From Parcubacteria group bacterium GW2011_GWA2_43_13 (lineage in GTDB: Bacteria > Patescibacteriota > Patescibacteriia > UBA9629 > GWA2-43-13): 56,441 nucleotides of DNA. How positions within the stretch are numbered: the first letter of the stretch is position 1; each line of letters begins with the position of its first letter. The DNA lies in assembly GCA_000999025.1 (NCBI GenBank), contig LCFM01000009.1, positions 1 to 56,441 of the forward strand, written 5' to 3'. The position numbers and the translations under genes are program-made. The notes under the pieces were generated by a model. That model saw only the letters and a list, made by a program, of their open reading frames with translations. It did not search any database and was not told where the DNA came from. Of this stretch, positions 54,741 through 56,441 are shown one piece after another.

Positions 54741-55823
54741 ATGAGAAGCGTAAAACAACAGCAATCGCAATTATTCAACGAGATTCCAACGAAAAATGCT
54801 GGCGTTTTACCATCTACTCGCTATCAAGGAAGTAAATATAAAATCCTCAAATGGATAGATTGTTACACAAAAGATTTAGATTTTGACACAGTACTTGACG
54901 CTTTCGGTGGAACGGGTTGCGTTGGCTATATGTATAAGAAAAATGGCAAGCAGGTTTTCTACAATGATTCACTAAAATTCAATCATTATGTCGGATTCGC
55001 TTTGATTGAAAATAAAGAGACCACACTAATTGATGAAGATTTAAATTTTATTCTCAAAAAACATCCTGAAATAAAATACCCGTCTTTCATTTTTGATACC
55101 TTCCACGACATTTATTTTACGGACGAGGAAAATAAATGGCTGGATATAGTCATCACAAACATTGGTGAAATAAAAGATAAATACAAGCAGGCGTTAGCGT
55201 ATTACGCTTTGTTTCAATCTTGCATAATCAAGCGACCATATAATTTATTTCATCGAAAAAATCTCTATATCAGGACAGCAGAAGTTGAACGAAGTTTCGG
55301 CAACAAGAAAACATGGGATACTCCGTTTGAAGATCATTTTCTAAAATTTGTTGAAGAAGCAAACAATGCCGTGTTTGATAATGGCAAAAAAAATCAAGCA
55401 TTTCATTCAGATATTTTTGATTTAACAATTCCGAAAATTGACCTTGTTTATATTGATACGCCATATATTTCTGCAAAGGGTATGGGCGTAAATTATTTTG
55501 ATTTTTACCATTTTTTAGAAGGCATTGTTTTCTATAACGAGTGGTCAAAACTAATTGATGATAATTCAAAACATAAAAAGATAAAAAACGGCAAAAATGA
55601 ATGGTGCAACAAGGGCGAGATACACGGCGCCTTTGAGCGATTATTTGACAAATTCAAAAATTCAATTTTGGTGGTTTCCTATCGTGATGATGGCACCCCA
55701 ACGATATCTGAATTGGTAAATATGCTCAAAAAACACAAAAAATCCATAGAAGTTAAAAAGCTGGACTATAAATATGTTTTGAGTAATGGAAACTCAAAGG
55801 AAGTTTTAATTATTGCCGCTTAA
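54741..55823 (+). CDS. Dam-type (D12 class) N6-adenine DNA methyltransferase
   Basis: RYQGSKYKILKWI, motif I DAFGGTGCVG and motif IV VYIDTPY (DPPY variant). Confidence 0.85.
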   Translation: MRSVKQQQSQLFNEIPTKNAGVLPSTRYQGSKYKILKWIDCYTKDLDFDTVLDAFGGTGCVGYMYKKNGKQVFYNDSLKFNHYVGFALIENKETTLIDEDLNFILKKHPEIKYPSFIFDTFHDIYFTDEENKWLDIVITNIGEIKDKYKQALAYYALFQSCIIKRPYNLFHRKNLYIRTAEVERSFGNKKTWDTPFEDHFLKFVEEANNAVFDNGKKNQAFHSDIFDLTIPKIDLVYIDTPYISAKGMGVNYFDFYHFLEGIVFYNEWSKLIDDNSKHKKIKNGKNEWCNKGEIHGAFERLFDKFKNSILVVSYRDDGTPTISELVNMLKKHKKSIEVKKLDYKYVLSNGNSKEVLIIAA

Positions 55824-55825
55824 TT

Positions 55826-56441
55826 ATGAACAATATCGCCGAAAAATACACAAAACAAATAGATATTTTACTTAAAGAAATTAAGGGTCTTTCAGTGATG
55901 CGTAAAACTTTTAGCAAGTTAGATATTTCTCTTGTTGAAGAAGACAGCGAAGCCCCAAAGGTTCATGAAGCATATGGATCAACCCTGAATATACTTTCAA
56001 ATCTTTTCGGTGCGAAAAGTCCACAAGTAAAATCTTTAATAGATCAAAGGAAGCAAATCGTTTCAAAAAAATATTCAACGGAATATGAATTGAGAGAAAC
56101 TTGCCATTTGGTTTACGGAATTTTAGCAAGTGTAAAAAATGACATCAACGCTGGTTTAATCACTAACATTGTTATTCAAGCGTCGGGTGCAATCATTGGA
56201 GATTTTTTGGCTATTGCAAAAAACGAATTAAAAAATGGTAATAAAGATGTTGCAGCGGTTTTGTCATCAGCTGCATTAGAAGATTCTTTAAAAAGAAAGG
56301 CGGAAGAATTTAGTATTAAGACAGAGGGCAAGGATTTGAGCCAAATTATAAACGCTCTAAAATCACAAGGAATTTTTAGTGGGGCAGAAACTCCGATCGT
56401 TTCGTCTTATGTAAAACTTCGCAATAGTGCTATGCATGCGG
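55826..56441 (+). CDS. HEPN-domain (DUF4145-like) protein, 3'-truncated by the window end
   Basis: Open frame from ATG 55826 to the last base; it is absent from the ORF track because it has no stop. It ends in ...IVSSYVKLRNSAMHA, the Rx4H HEPN motif, and lies directly after the R-M genes. Confidence 0.55.
   Translation, partial: MNNIAEKYTKQIDILLKEIKGLSVMRKTFSKLDISLVEEDSEAPKVHEAYGSTLNILSNLFGAKSPQVKSLIDQRKQIVSKKYSTEYELRETCHLVYGILASVKNDINAGLITNIVIQASGAIIGDFLAIAKNELKNGNKDVAAVLSSAALEDSLKRKAEEFSIKTEGKDLSQIINALKSQGIFSGAETPIVSSYVKLRNSAMHA

Noticed and set aside
1-56441. Alternative genetic code (UGA recoding), as in some candidate phyla.
   Set aside because: Housekeeping ORFs are intact under the standard code, and TGA is used as a stop (for example at 14024-14026).

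Overview
This 56.4-kb window comes from an AT-leaning, apparently small-genome bacterium. The gene content resembles CPR/Patescibacteria (RNase Y, YmdB, PilT, giant FN3/CarboxypepD_reg-type surface proteins, a decayed glycolytic gene, dense REP-like palindromes), but that assignment is inference only. All coordinates, motifs and pairings were read by eye; nothing was computed or searched.

The window has three parts.

(1) 1-15.6 kb. An integrase 3' fragment and a HepT/MntA toxin-antitoxin pair come first. Two near-consensus tandem promoters follow, then about 0.8 kb of hairpin-rich sequence with no ORF. Next is a visibly more G+C-rich island of about 12.5 kb with 11 co-directional genes: P-loop NTPase, stand-alone Csx3-like protein, PHP phosphoesterase, three unknowns, a RavA/MoxR-like AAA+ ATPase split by a -1 frameshift at G_GGA_AAA, a ViaA-like VWA protein, an 890-aa multi-zinc-ribbon protein, a small unknown, and a SAM methyltransferase. 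Two strong hairpins close the island, followed by HicAB and tRNA-His/tRNA-Arg. This island is my best candidate for an undescribed RNA- or nucleotide-centred conflict or repair system.

(2) 15.6-53.6 kb. This is mostly housekeeping: rny, ymdB, hup, clpP, nrnA-like, rbfA, infB, cca, an rluD-like gene, gmk, rplS, purE/purB, pilT, htpX, lemA and others. It also holds two giant surface proteins, a second HicAB pair, a DapF-fold/GNAT/VanX-like patch, and 10 tRNAs in the whole window, one of them an unusual tRNA-Ile(UAU).

(3) 53.6-56.4 kb. Next to the tRNA-Ala genes sits an EcoRV-like restriction-modification module (C protein, R, Dam-type M) plus a HEPN (Rx4H) ORF that runs off the window.

I saw no rRNA and no CRISPR array.
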